From: a virus
Lineage: Duplodnaviria; Caudoviricetes
IMG/VR virus record: IMGVR_UViG_3300013901_000015
Span: 11,879 to 75,878 of that record
Strand: one strand, 5' to 3'
DNA: 64,000 nucleotides
The notes under the pieces were generated by a model. That model searched no databases. It was not told the origin of the DNA and saw nothing but the letters and a program-made list of their open reading frames with translations. A program made the position numbers and the translations under genes. Below, one piece after another: positions 48,347 to 57,996 of the stretch (within the stretch, counting starts at the first letter, position 1; each line of letters starts with the position of its first letter).

Positions 48347-48691
48347 ATGGTATGGATGAATCCATTTGCATGGGTGAACCGTAGAGGCTCGGCGGCTATC
48401 GCTTCACAGGGCGTGACGGTGAACACGGACAACGTTGTCTTCTCGTTCCGCAACCACGCCTTCGTGAATGCGAACTACAGGGGAACGATTTTCGTGAACT
48501 TGATGCAGTCGATTCCGACTGGCACGACTACAACGCTGCCAATCCTTTTCGAGACCAACGGCGTAACTCAGGCTGTGACTAAGTACAATGGCGAGGCTCT
48601 TACGGTGGCTGATATTCCTGGTACTGGCGTGTTACAGTTCTGGTTTGAGAGAGACACTAACACCCTTCAACTGATGACGGGTATTGTTTAA
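48347..48691 (+). CDS. beta-rich hypothetical protein, operon gene 2
   Basis: 114 aa; AAGAAAGGAGG initiation region; alternating hydrophobic strands. Confidence 0.7.
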   Translation: MVWMNPFAWVNRRGSAAIASQGVTVNTDNVVFSFRNHAFVNANYRGTIFVNLMQSIPTGTTTTLPILFETNGVTQAVTKYNGEALTVADIPGTGVLQFWFERDTNTLQLMTGIV

Positions 48692-48719
48692 CAAGATTGA
48701 ATAGATAGGAGATTACATT

Positions 48720-49220
48720 ATGTTTTCTGGACTAAGACAAAATTCATTGTTCTATGTCTTGGATAAAGGCGAGAACCCGACTTTGAGAATCGGACAGGTT
48801 GTTTCGGTAAGCAATCCGCAGACCAAGTACCCATCGTTTAACAATGGCTTCACGCCTCAGCCTATGGAATCTGTGGTAGATGTGAAAGTGAAAATTGGCG
48901 ATGAGGAGGTGGACTTCAAGCAGTTGCCAGCCAACGGACAGATAGCCAACGACAAGAACCTTGTGGTGAGTGAAAGCAAGGATGCGATGAGTGCGGAGGT
49001 GGATGCGATGCTGAGGACTTCTAGGGCGATACTGGAGAGCGTAGATTACCATGAGAAGGTTGTAAAATCTTGCGAGGGAATGCTACTGCAGCTCAACCCC
49101 CAGATAGCCAAGGAGAAGGAACAGGCGGAGAAGATTTCGAAGCTGGAGGGCAAGGTTTCTGGCATGGAAGGAAAGCTTGACCGCATGATGGGCTTGCTCG
49201 AAAAGGCAGTCAACAAGTAA
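48720..49220 (+). CDS. hypothetical protein with C-terminal coiled coil, operon gene 3
   Basis: 166 aa; beta-type N terminus and heptad C terminus. Confidence 0.7.
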   Translation: MFSGLRQNSLFYVLDKGENPTLRIGQVVSVSNPQTKYPSFNNGFTPQPMESVVDVKVKIGDEEVDFKQLPANGQIANDKNLVVSESKDAMSAEVDAMLRTSRAILESVDYHEKVVKSCEGMLLQLNPQIAKEKEQAEKISKLEGKVSGMEGKLDRMMGLLEKAVNK

Positions 49221-49258
49221 TCTCCTACTCTATCCATTCACTAAAGAATCTTTGAATT

Positions 49259-49540
49259 ATGGTTATGATTGAGATTACGGAAGACAAGTTTGATGACTTG
49301 TACGAGAACATCGAGAGTATGCTTCGCTTCGGTGGCAAGGCTATGACTTGCCTTGACAAGATGAAACATGAGAAGGAAGACCGATATGGCGAGCGGAATC
49401 CGATGCCAGACTACCGTGGACGATGGAGACACGGCTATCGTGAGGATGAGAACTACGAGGAAAAGGAGAGGCGTGAGCGCATGGAACGTGATGCGCCCGA
49501 CTATCGTGGTGGTGGCTACCGTGGAGGTGGCGGATATTAA
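49259..49540 (+). CDS. hypothetical protein with R/E/Y-rich and RGG tail, operon gene 4
   Basis: 93 aa ending PDYRGGGYRGGGGY. Confidence 0.7.
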   Translation: MVMIEITEDKFDDLYENIESMLRFGGKAMTCLDKMKHEKEDRYGERNPMPDYRGRWRHGYREDENYEEKERRERMERDAPDYRGGGYRGGGGY

Positions 49541-49605
49541 CTAAGTAAAGGTTTGGTTCCGACATTAATGCCGGTGCCAAACTTTTCTTTTAAAGGATTA
49601 CTATT

Positions 49606-50016
49606 ATGAGAAAATACAGACAATCGCTGAATGCCTACGATTATCAGCCAGAGGAAATGAAGTCTTATCTCAGACACAATGGTTGGCACTTCAATAAGAA
49701 GATGTGCGAATGGGCAGTGAAGCAAATGCGGAAGAATGGGAAACCTATCAAGCCGATGAACAACGAGGAGATGGAAGAACTTCTGCACAAGTATGAGATA
49801 GAGCTAGAGAATAACGTGGGGCACGATGCTTGCTACATCGCAAACATGTGCCGAGCCGATTTCTATGCTTCTTCGATTACAGATGAAAAGGGGTTGGCTC
49901 AGTTTGTCAAGGACTATGTGGATGACGAGGATCAACAGGACGGATTCATCTTCAATCGGTTCTATGCGGACTGCTCGCTGAATGGCGTTGGCATTCCTTG
50001 GGATGAAATATTGTAA
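49606..50016 (+). CDS. acidic helical hypothetical protein, operon gene 5
   Basis: 136 aa; YLRHNGWHFNKKMCEWAV...FVKDYVDDED...GIPWDEIL. Confidence 0.7.
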   Translation: MRKYRQSLNAYDYQPEEMKSYLRHNGWHFNKKMCEWAVKQMRKNGKPIKPMNNEEMEELLHKYEIELENNVGHDACYIANMCRADFYASSITDEKGLAQFVKDYVDDEDQQDGFIFNRFYADCSLNGVGIPWDEIL

Positions 50017-50021
50017 GAGAT

Positions 50022-50411
50022 ATGACTGAGCAGGAGATATATCTGGAGAGGTATGACTGGACAGTGCATGTACTATATGATGTGCGGTCTAGAGATGCTA
50101 TGTATGTTAGAAGGTGTCTTCGAGATTTGGGATGCAGGGGCGTTCCTCTCGAAGATGCCTCTAATCTCGTGCTCAGAGGTGAGGCTAACAAGGGGCTCAC
50201 CTACTCGAATGTTTCTTTGAGGAAAACGGTGGTGGCTATCGGATGGACTACTTCATCTGGGGAGTATGCCAACAGCCTCAGTCATGAAATGCTGCATGTG
50301 GTTCAGCACATATCGGAACTATACATTATTAATATGTATGGGGAAGAAGCTTGTTATTTGTTGGGGGGATTGATTCAGACAAGCAGTAAGCACTATTTAG
50401 ATTCTATATAA
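50022..50411 (+). CDS. small zincin-like metallopeptidase, operon gene 6
   Basis: HEMLH at 50283-50297 with downstream GEEACY (possible third ligand). Confidence 0.65.
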   Translation: MTEQEIYLERYDWTVHVLYDVRSRDAMYVRRCLRDLGCRGVPLEDASNLVLRGEANKGLTYSNVSLRKTVVAIGWTTSSGEYANSLSHEMLHVVQHISELYIINMYGEEACYLLGGLIQTSSKHYLDSI

Positions 50412-50492
50412 ACTAAGCGAAAATTAGTATTCAGAGGGTACAAGTTACAGATATTTTTGTTACTTTTGTGGGAAAATAACGCTTTAACAAAT

Positions 50493-52010
50493 ATGACAGA
50501 ACAAGGAACGAACATCATTACATGGATTAGCTGCATCATCATTTGTGGTGCATTTTTGGTATTCTTCTATATCACGAAGACTGCCAAAGAAGAGTTTTTA
50601 CAAAAACACAAACGAACTATAGATGCTTTCCCTTCTATAGTCTCCACTCTTGGTGTGTTTGGAACATTCCTAGGCATTACCATAGGATTGGCAGGATTCG
50701 ATGTGAGTGATTTAACAAGAAACATACCTATATTGTTGGGTGGATTGAAGACGGCTTTCTTCACTTCACTTTGTGGTATGGGTGGTTCCTTGATTCTTCG
50801 CCATTGCTGCACAGACATTAAGTTTGACAAAGAAGATGGAGGTATCTCTTCTACTGATGCTGCAATCAAGGAACTTGGCAAGGGGGTTAGAGAAATGAGT
50901 ACTACATTGGTTTCAACTTTGGTTCAAAACAGAAATGAAATGAGCCAGATGGGTATGGCACAAGCTTCATTCTTTAACCAAATTCTTGAAATCAACAAAT
51001 CTATTGCTGGCTGTGTAACCAACATTGACACAAAATTAGCTCGTATCTCTTTGCTAGAAGGAGAACAATCCACATCGCTAAATACTATATCTTTACTTGC
51101 CTCTAACTATGAAGCGAGTAATAAACGTATAGAGGAATCACTCGGAGAAATCGTTGACGCACAGTCTTCCAATGTTTCAACTTTTGATGAAATGAATGAG
51201 GAGCTAAAGAAATTCAGCCAGATTTTGCGTTCGGAAGTAGATGACATCGAAGACAAGATGGAAGCAACCAACAAGCTACTTACCGATAAGTTTGATGAGT
51301 TTAGCGAATTGCTTAAGAAGAGTAATACCGAAGCCTTGGTTGAAGTTATGAAAAAGGTTACTGAGGAGTTCCAAAAACAGATGAACGCCCTTATCAGTAG
51401 ATTGGTACAGGAGAACTTCGCTAAGTTGAACGAGAGCGTTGAGAAACTAAACACATGGCAGGAAGAAAATAAGGCTATGATTGAAAGCCTTACCAAGCAA
51501 TATCATCAGATGGAAGAGGATTTCGAGGATTCTTCCAACACGATGCAAGAGGTTTCAGAAAATGCTCAGAAGCTAGTAGGTAACGGTGGAAGACTTGCGC
51601 AACTCGTTACAGCATTAGAAGAAGCCATGGTTAATGACAAGAAGTTTATTGAAATATCAAAGAACCTATCTGAATCAGCTTCACTTGCCAAGGACGGAAT
51701 TGAGAAACAAGATGCCATCACTAACAAGTTGAACGATTGGGTGCATGGTGTACAGGTGTTCAAAGATGATGTTCAACGACTTATCAACAAACTGGAGGAA
51801 TTGAATAGCATCAGAAACTATAATGAGCAATTTTGGCAGTCAACAAAGAAGAGCATGGAAGATGGCGTAGGTATCATTCAAAGTGGTAGCGAAGAATTGA
51901 ACAAACAGATTCTAAACATCGACAAGAGTTTCTACAATAGACTAAGTGCAACTTTGGCTAGTCTTGATAACCTCATTGCTTCAATGGCTGGTAAATATAT
52001 CAACAGATAA
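50493..52010 (+). CDS. zorA: ZorA (MotA-like channel with long helical tail)
   Basis: TM helices with STLGVFGTFLGITIGL and LKTAFFTS, then ~380-aa helical tail; start MTEQGT follows a TACTTTTG -7 box. Confidence 0.75.
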   Translation: MTEQGTNIITWISCIIICGAFLVFFYITKTAKEEFLQKHKRTIDAFPSIVSTLGVFGTFLGITIGLAGFDVSDLTRNIPILLGGLKTAFFTSLCGMGGSLILRHCCTDIKFDKEDGGISSTDAAIKELGKGVREMSTTLVSTLVQNRNEMSQMGMAQASFFNQILEINKSIAGCVTNIDTKLARISLLEGEQSTSLNTISLLASNYEASNKRIEESLGEIVDAQSSNVSTFDEMNEELKKFSQILRSEVDDIEDKMEATNKLLTDKFDEFSELLKKSNTEALVEVMKKVTEEFQKQMNALISRLVQENFAKLNESVEKLNTWQEENKAMIESLTKQYHQMEEDFEDSSNTMQEVSENAQKLVGNGGRLAQLVTALEEAMVNDKKFIEISKNLSESASLAKDGIEKQDAITNKLNDWVHGVQVFKDDVQRLINKLEELNSIRNYNEQFWQSTKKSMEDGVGIIQSGSEELNKQILNIDKSFYNRLSATLASLDNLIASMAGKYINR

Positions 52011-52012
52011 AT

Positions 52013-52714
52013 ATGGCAAAAAATAATATTTGGATGTCTGTATCAGATCTTATGACAGGATTAATGGTAATATTTCTTTTCGTTGCCATTGCTTATATAA
52101 GTAAGGTACAGGAACATTCGGTTACACTGAAAGATTATGTGGAGGTCAAGGAAAACCTCCATGACAAATTGGTTAGCAAGTTTAAGGGCGACACTGCGAA
52201 ATGGCAAATGTCAATCGGCAGTGATTTGTCTATGAAATTCAAGAATGCCTCAGTGTTGTTTCAGCAAGGTTCAGACCAGCTTTCACCTGAATTTCAAAAG
52301 GTGTTGGCAGACTTCTTGCCTAGATACTTTGATATTTTACTGAATGATAGCTTGCGAAATCATATAACAGAGATTCGTATCGAGGGGCATACGGACGATT
52401 GGGGCTATCCTCAACTAGACAAGGATCCTTACATCGCCAATGTGATTCTGTCTCAGAAGAGAGCATTGAATGTACTAAGATTCTTTCGCTCTTTGCCAGA
52501 GTTCAAAAAGTACACACCAAAGGAAAAAGCTTTGCTTGAATATTGGTTTACTGCCAACGGCTTATCGTATGGAAAAGCCTTGGACTCACAAGGTGAATAT
52601 GTTCATGATAGTCATAAGCGGATTGATTTGGCTAAGTCTAGACGAGTAGAATTTAGAATTATTACTGATAGCGAAAAGCTGTTGGAAAACTTTGTTGGCA
52701 AAAATAAACAATAG
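52013..52714 (+). CDS. zorB: ZorB (MotB-like, OmpA domain)
   Basis: WMSVSDLMTGLMVIFL TM with conserved Asp; IEGHTD, LSQKRA and RRVEFRI OmpA-family motifs. Confidence 0.8.
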   Translation: MAKNNIWMSVSDLMTGLMVIFLFVAIAYISKVQEHSVTLKDYVEVKENLHDKLVSKFKGDTAKWQMSIGSDLSMKFKNASVLFQQGSDQLSPEFQKVLADFLPRYFDILLNDSLRNHITEIRIEGHTDDWGYPQLDKDPYIANVILSQKRALNVLRFFRSLPEFKKYTPKEKALLEYWFTANGLSYGKALDSQGEYVHDSHKRIDLAKSRRVEFRIITDSEKLLENFVGKNKQ

Positions 52715-52725
52715 GAGAAATTATC

Positions 52726-53571
52726 ATGGAAGAAGATAAAGGTTTAACTAGCTTTGATGCCTTACGTGCCAAGCTTATCTCGTTAGGAATAAATATCAAT
52801 GCTCCAGTTTCAAACACAGGCTATCGAGTGGTCTCATCGAAAGATGTAACCCTTGGCGACTTAAAACATGGTCGATTAAAGATAGACGATACCGGTATAT
52901 TTAATATTGATCCTGACACTGGGGCAGAGCAGCGTGTGTTTCTGTATAAAAGAAAGTACAACATTGCTAGATACAAAATTCCACGCTATCATATCTGTAA
53001 ATGCCAAGTAATAACGGATTTCATGAACAGTGCTGGTGAGATACCCGAATACAGACAAGCCAATGATATGCCTGTTTGGGTGATAGACATTAGCGATAAT
53101 AATACAGACAAGAAGATTGACAAGTTACCTTTATGTAAATATTGTGCAGCTTTACTTGGAAATATAGACAAGAATACTACTTCTGATGAGTTCGTGGAAA
53201 TTCTTAAAAAAGCGCATCCTGCACCAACCAAGCCTCAACAAGAAGTAGAAGTTGACGTGAATGGCTATACTCGTGACTGGAGAGAGATTAGTCTAAAGTT
53301 TCGAGAGAAGCATAATTACACTTGTGAAAGATGTGGCGTTAAGGTAATGAATCCTTTCGAAAGCGAGTTTATACAGGTACATCATCGTAATGGAGACAAG
53401 ACTGACAATCATGAAAGTAATCTTGAATGTCTGTGTATTAAGTGCCATTCAGAAGTTGATGACACGCATCGTAGGAATTTCAGCACGAAAGCACAACAAG
53501 GTTTGATACAGGAGTTTCTGCTTAATTATGGGTGCGAGAGATTTAAAGGTAGAAATGGGGAGCTGTTTTAG
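52726..53571 (+). CDS. zorE: ZorE-like HNH endonuclease
   Basis: CERCG...QVHHRNGDKTDNHESNLECLCIKCHSEV; directly after zorAB. Confidence 0.7.
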   Translation: MEEDKGLTSFDALRAKLISLGININAPVSNTGYRVVSSKDVTLGDLKHGRLKIDDTGIFNIDPDTGAEQRVFLYKRKYNIARYKIPRYHICKCQVITDFMNSAGEIPEYRQANDMPVWVIDISDNNTDKKIDKLPLCKYCAALLGNIDKNTTSDEFVEILKKAHPAPTKPQQEVEVDVNGYTRDWREISLKFREKHNYTCERCGVKVMNPFESEFIQVHHRNGDKTDNHESNLECLCIKCHSEVDDTHRRNFSTKAQQGLIQEFLLNYGCERFKGRNGELF

Positions 53572-53580
53572 CTCTCCATT
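53554..53580. terminator. bidirectional terminator
   Basis: AATGGGGAGCT-GTTTT-AGCTCTCCATT at the zorE/fibre convergence. Confidence 0.65.
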
Positions 53581-53637
53581 TCTATGTGTAAAGTCAGCTA
53601 CTTAGAGGACAATCTATGCACATCGCATTTCTCTTTC

Positions 53638-55560
53638 TCATAAAATAGTCTTGTTCTTGTAATCTATGCAGAGCATATCTAATTTATGACCGAAATTGTC
53701 AAAATCACATCCTACACGAACTAATCTTATGTATTTATAGTATGTATCAAAAGCAATTATATCAAATGCATCTTGAGTCTTTGTACAAGTTTGACGTGCC
53801 GGCTCTCCCGATTCTGCACTATCTAATCTAGTGCTAGCTGTGATGATTGATATTTGGATTTGATTATTATGCCCATCAATGATACCTAAATAGTCTTGAT
53901 GTACGTGTCCACAAAGCCAGCAAATAAAATCACCACCATTATTTATAAATGTATCTATTTTATCCAACCAATCTTCTGGAGTACAACAGTCGGCATTTGG
54001 ATTGAGTTTGTTTGTTCTATTAATAAAACCAGTTTCGTTATTAAATTCTGTTGTTTTTGCATTGAAATGGTGAGCGCATATAACGGCATAGCCTTTTTCT
54101 TTAGCATCATTTAGAACATTGGATAGCCAGTCACTCTGTTCTTTCTGATATGTTTCAGTTGAGACAGTGCTTGCGCCACTTCCTGAACTGATTATTGCCG
54201 ATTTGTTTATTACAGAATCCAATATTATCAATCTTATTGCAGAATCAGATTTTCCTAAGCCAACATAGTCTTTATAATAATAGCTTTTGCCAGTTTCAAC
54301 ATTATCTGGCTTCACTATAGTAGAATCTTCTATCTTACTTATATATTTGTCATATATGGTTTTTACTGTTTCGGAAGGAACTCCACTCCATCCTTTATAT
54401 GCACTGAAATCAGATGCACACACATCGTGATTTCCTATTGCTTTTAAAACTTTTGTTCCTCCATTGGATAAATAATTGATATAGTCAGTATTATAACTAC
54501 TTATGTTATCTGTTATTGTATCTCCTGTATTTAGTATATCGTCAATATAACTTGAATACTTATCTTTCCACTCTATAATTCTTTTTAAATTATTAATATT
54601 ACCATGCAAATCGCTAAACCATAAAAGTACCAATGGACTGTTTTTAGGAGAATATCCGTATGGCGTTTTCTTTTTTAATGTAGCAATTTTTGGTTCATAA
54701 ATATAATTTGGATTAAACATAAATATAGAATCGAATTTACCGATTGCTTCTTCTAAGCCATCCACTTTATTAGAAAGGATATTATTATCAAACCCTTCGT
54801 AATTTACCCAATCAAGCGGAAGATTTGCACCAAACAAAGAATGCAAGGAAAACAAATAATACTCGTTATTATCGAGCATATTGTTATACTCCTTCATCAC
54901 AAGCTGCTTAGTTTCAACATTGATGGCTACAAAAAGTTCTTTTTTTTGTAATGGGTTGGCATAATCTAACTCCTTGGTCGAAGTGTCAACGGCAAAACGT
55001 TTATTATCATATCTTATATCAACATTTTCATCTGTAACAATGCTGACTTTGATATGCTCAACCTTGTCTATCAATTCTTTTTTAATCGTTATAGGCTTGA
55101 TGTTACCACCTGCTATAATGTACGCTTTACGATATAAGTCGCTGAGTTTGTTACTCACCACTTTCTGACTCATTACCTTGTCCTCGGCATCACCTGTCTC
55201 CTGTACAATGGAGTTCTTGTCGAACTTTTTTGTCTGCAATTCATCCACTGCACCTTGAACGTTGGCCGCATCAAGATTAGATGTTTTATTGTCATAGGTA
55301 ACAGCAGTGGCAACGCTAGCGCCACCTGTTACAGCGATATTTTTCAAAGACTCGGTAATCTGGTCATCACGAGTGTTTAACTTGGATATACCTTCATCCA
55401 AGAAAGTGTTCTTGGCATCCTGAGCAGACTTGTTGGCAGTGATTTTCTCCTTGTTACTGTCTATGCTCTTCTGTAAATTATCCGAGGTGTCCTTGACATG
55501 GGACTTCATTTTGTCCCATAACTTCACGACCCCAGAGTCATTTAAATATTTCTTTTCCAT
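53638..55560 (-). CDS. fibre-type virion protein with C-terminal calcineurin-like metallophosphoesterase
   Basis: N-terminal YLNDSGVVKLWDKMK anchor motif and coiled coil; SDLHG, TGD, GNHD, HH and GHVH motifs. Confidence 0.75.
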   Translation of the reverse strand: MEKKYLNDSGVVKLWDKMKSHVKDTSDNLQKSIDSNKEKITANKSAQDAKNTFLDEGISKLNTRDDQITESLKNIAVTGGASVATAVTYDNKTSNLDAANVQGAVDELQTKKFDKNSIVQETGDAEDKVMSQKVVSNKLSDLYRKAYIIAGGNIKPITIKKELIDKVEHIKVSIVTDENVDIRYDNKRFAVDTSTKELDYANPLQKKELFVAINVETKQLVMKEYNNMLDNNEYYLFSLHSLFGANLPLDWVNYEGFDNNILSNKVDGLEEAIGKFDSIFMFNPNYIYEPKIATLKKKTPYGYSPKNSPLVLLWFSDLHGNINNLKRIIEWKDKYSSYIDDILNTGDTITDNISSYNTDYINYLSNGGTKVLKAIGNHDVCASDFSAYKGWSGVPSETVKTIYDKYISKIEDSTIVKPDNVETGKSYYYKDYVGLGKSDSAIRLIILDSVINKSAIISSGSGASTVSTETYQKEQSDWLSNVLNDAKEKGYAVICAHHFNAKTTEFNNETGFINRTNKLNPNADCCTPEDWLDKIDTFINNGGDFICWLCGHVHQDYLGIIDGHNNQIQISIITASTRLDSAESGEPARQTCTKTQDAFDIIAFDTYYKYIRLVRVGCDFDNFGHKLDMLCIDYKNKTIL

Positions 55561-55572
55561 ATTATAAATTCA

Positions 55573-56100
55573 TTAAGTTAGCGAATTGATATACTCATCA
55601 GAGATAGCTATAAAATCTGGGATTCCAGCTAGCTTATTCTTATCTGCTGTTGTATAGTCATTTGTAGATAATCCTTTCCCTGACACCTTATCAACTTTTT
55701 TTTCTAAGGCAGCATTGACAGTTGCGGTCTTCGCATAAGGTGTTAGGTCAACATCAGCTTTATACTCACCCAGTTTCTCCCATTTACTTTCATCATAAGT
55801 AGAGAACACATCACCTGTATAGATATACTCAGCATAGACGTTTTTCGTACTTGAAGATGATGACTTGATGAGATAAATTCTATTCGCCAAGATGTCCTTT
55901 GTCGGTAAAGCATCTACTACCTTGAAAAGTGACATATCTAAGTTTCCGAGTTGAGCTATAGGCACACGACCTTGTGAATCCAGCGAGGCGACACCATTCG
56001 CAGAGCCTTTTTCTGAACTTTTTATAAAGTTTTGCCCATTGATATAGGATTTAATTTTATCCCAAAGGGTTGACAATCCAATTTTATCTAAGTATTCCAT
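55573..56100 (-). CDS. head/tail fibre-like protein
   Basis: YLDKIGLSTLWDKIK, GVASLDSQGRVP and KVDKVSGKGLSTNDYT motifs seen in Bacteroidetes phage fibres. Confidence 0.65.
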   Translation of the reverse strand: MEYLDKIGLSTLWDKIKSYINGQNFIKSSEKGSANGVASLDSQGRVPIAQLGNLDMSLFKVVDALPTKDILANRIYLIKSSSSSTKNVYAEYIYTGDVFSTYDESKWEKLGEYKADVDLTPYAKTATVNAALEKKVDKVSGKGLSTNDYTTADKNKLAGIPDFIAISDEYINSLT

Positions 56101-56108
56101 AAGATGTG

Positions 56109-56972
56109 TTATGTTAAGATGTTTTTAACTTCATCTGGCTTCATATTTGACTTTTTGATGGTTTCAACCTCTTGCTCCACGTTGTGGAGTCTATGTTCGA
56201 TTGTCTGAGGAGTAATTGGTTCTACTGGAACATAAGTTCCTTCCACCACCTTGTCAATTTCTAAGTCAGTAATAGGAATGAACTCATTTATTTGGGCTTG
56301 CAGGTTGTGGATGGAGTCATTTACATTTTGAATCTGCTCCACTAAATCGTCTGGAAGACCGATGGCTGCAAGGATGAGTTTCTTCAAATTGTCTGCTAAC
56401 TTGTCGAGCGTAATTGATGCCTCTGCAATTTTATCTCTTGTCACACCCTCCGTAGCCAACTTGTCTGACGTAACAGAATCATTGGCTAGAATATCGGTTG
56501 TGACACTGGCATCTTGTAGCACTCTTGTATTAACAGAAGAATCTCCTAGCTTGTGGTTAGTGATAGCCTTATCCTCAACCTTCTCTGTAGTTACGGCTCT
56601 GTCGTTCAGCTTCTCGGTGATAACTGATTTGTCCTTTAACTTGTCGTAGGTGACGGACGAAGGAGACAGCTTGGAGTTATCTACCGATTGGTCGGCAAGT
56701 TTCTCGGTGGTTACGTTCTGGTCGGCTATTTTGGAAGTAACTACCGATAACTCGGCTAGCTTTCCGGTCGTTATGTTACCGTCTGCTATCTTAGGGGTCT
56801 TGATCGCTCCATCGGGTAGCTTGTCGGAACTTACTGCACCATCCGCCAACTTCTCTGTCGTAACATTGCCGTCACGAATCTTGACGGTGGTGATAGCTTG
56901 GTCGTTGATGTCGTCTGTCTTCGTCATCGGCACCTTGCTACCTAGTTTAATATCGTCTCTAAATGTAGGCAT
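56109..56972 (-). CDS. fibre protein with ~17 decapeptide repeats
   Basis: Repeats of consensus VTTEKLAD(G/Q)A from about residue 28 to 197. Confidence 0.75.
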   Translation of the reverse strand: MPTFRDDIKLGSKVPMTKTDDINDQAITTVKIRDGNVTTEKLADGAVSSDKLPDGAIKTPKIADGNITTGKLAELSVVTSKIADQNVTTEKLADQSVDNSKLSPSSVTYDKLKDKSVITEKLNDRAVTTEKVEDKAITNHKLGDSSVNTRVLQDASVTTDILANDSVTSDKLATEGVTRDKIAEASITLDKLADNLKKLILAAIGLPDDLVEQIQNVNDSIHNLQAQINEFIPITDLEIDKVVEGTYVPVEPITPQTIEHRLHNVEQEVETIKKSNMKPDEVKNILT

Positions 56973-57237
56973 ATTTGATTTCTTTTGGTTGTGAAGAAGT
57001 GAATAACTGAATCTTTGCAGTCTCTGGCATTACACGGATGCGAAGCTTGAACTCTGTCGTGTTCTTGTGTGGACAGAGGGGAGCCTTGGGCTTTCTGCCA
57101 TCGCCGCAATCTTGGCGAATGACAAGCTTGCCTGGAGTTTGCAAGGTAACCATCAGATAGATGTCACGATGCAAGGTAATCTCTGGAGATACCCATGCAA
57201 GCTCTTCCTCGCTATAGTTGGTTGATACATACTCCAT
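56959..57237 (-). CDS. small beta-rich virion-associated protein
   Basis: 92-aa ORF in the structural operon. Confidence 0.55.
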   Translation of the reverse strand: MEYVSTNYSEEELAWVSPEITLHRDIYLMVTLQTPGKLVIRQDCGDGRKPKAPLCPHKNTTEFKLRIRVMPETAKIQLFTSSQPKEIKYAYI

Positions 57238-57246
57238 ACTACTTTA

Positions 57247-57975
57247 TCACTTTGAGGTTTGACTTACGCCCAGCTGCTGCAAGGCAATCGTGTACATCTG
57301 GCTAGCCTTGGTATCATTGTAGGCTGAGAGCAACAGGAAGGCGAGATAATGGATGAATGCACCCTTGAAGGTGTCGGAGATTTCTACCGTCTTTTCTCCA
57401 TCGGAAGATGTTGTGAGGTCGGTAGGCACTCCTACGTAGGAAATGGTAACGGAACCATCGTCTGATGGCTTTGGCTGAATGAGCACTTTGAGCGGATTGA
57501 CTCGCATGATGGCTGCTAGCGGTCTATCGAAAGTTCCCTTGGCAGTATCATCGAACATCATCAAGGCTTCATCGTCTGTATCTTCCACTGGCACTACTGC
57601 CTTGTGCCATCCCTTGCCTCGAACACGATTGATATTGAAAACAGAAACGCTCTCTGGCATTGTGATAACACCTATATCATCGCTATTCTCGTAAGCTTCC
57701 ACCTGTATGGTCGTGGTGGTAGATGCTGTAGATGGAACGCTCTCCTTCTTGGATTCCGTGGAAGAATCATCGTTCTTCTTGGTTGTCGTGGTAGAACCAG
57801 AGAGTGCGGAAGAAGATGTGGCAGTTACGGCTATCCAATGCAAGGCATCGGGGATATTCGCCTCGATGATATTGCCCATATACAAGTCGTCCTTGTCATC
57901 GGTGATTTCCGATGTGTTGTTGGTTTCCTCGTCTATGCGCCAACGCACTTCCTTTATGATGTCAGACACTTTCAT
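57247..57975 (-). CDS. putative head-tail adaptor
   Basis: MKVSDIIKEVRWRIDE N-terminal helix; C-terminal AFIHYLAFLLLSAY...ASQMYTIALQQLG; follows the capsid genes. Confidence 0.55.
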   Translation of the reverse strand: MKVSDIIKEVRWRIDEETNNTSEITDDKDDLYMGNIIEANIPDALHWIAVTATSSSALSGSTTTTKKNDDSSTESKKESVPSTASTTTTIQVEAYENSDDIGVITMPESVSVFNINRVRGKGWHKAVVPVEDTDDEALMMFDDTAKGTFDRPLAAIMRVNPLKVLIQPKPSDDGSVTISYVGVPTDLTTSSDGEKTVEISDTFKGAFIHYLAFLLLSAYNDTKASQMYTIALQQLGVSQTSK

Positions 57976-57996
57976 TTCACCTTATTATATATATTG

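Noticed and set aside
50457-52714. Flagellar MotAB or ExbBD interpretation
   Set aside because: The very long helical tail on the A subunit, the adjacent HNH gene and the phage context fit Zorya better
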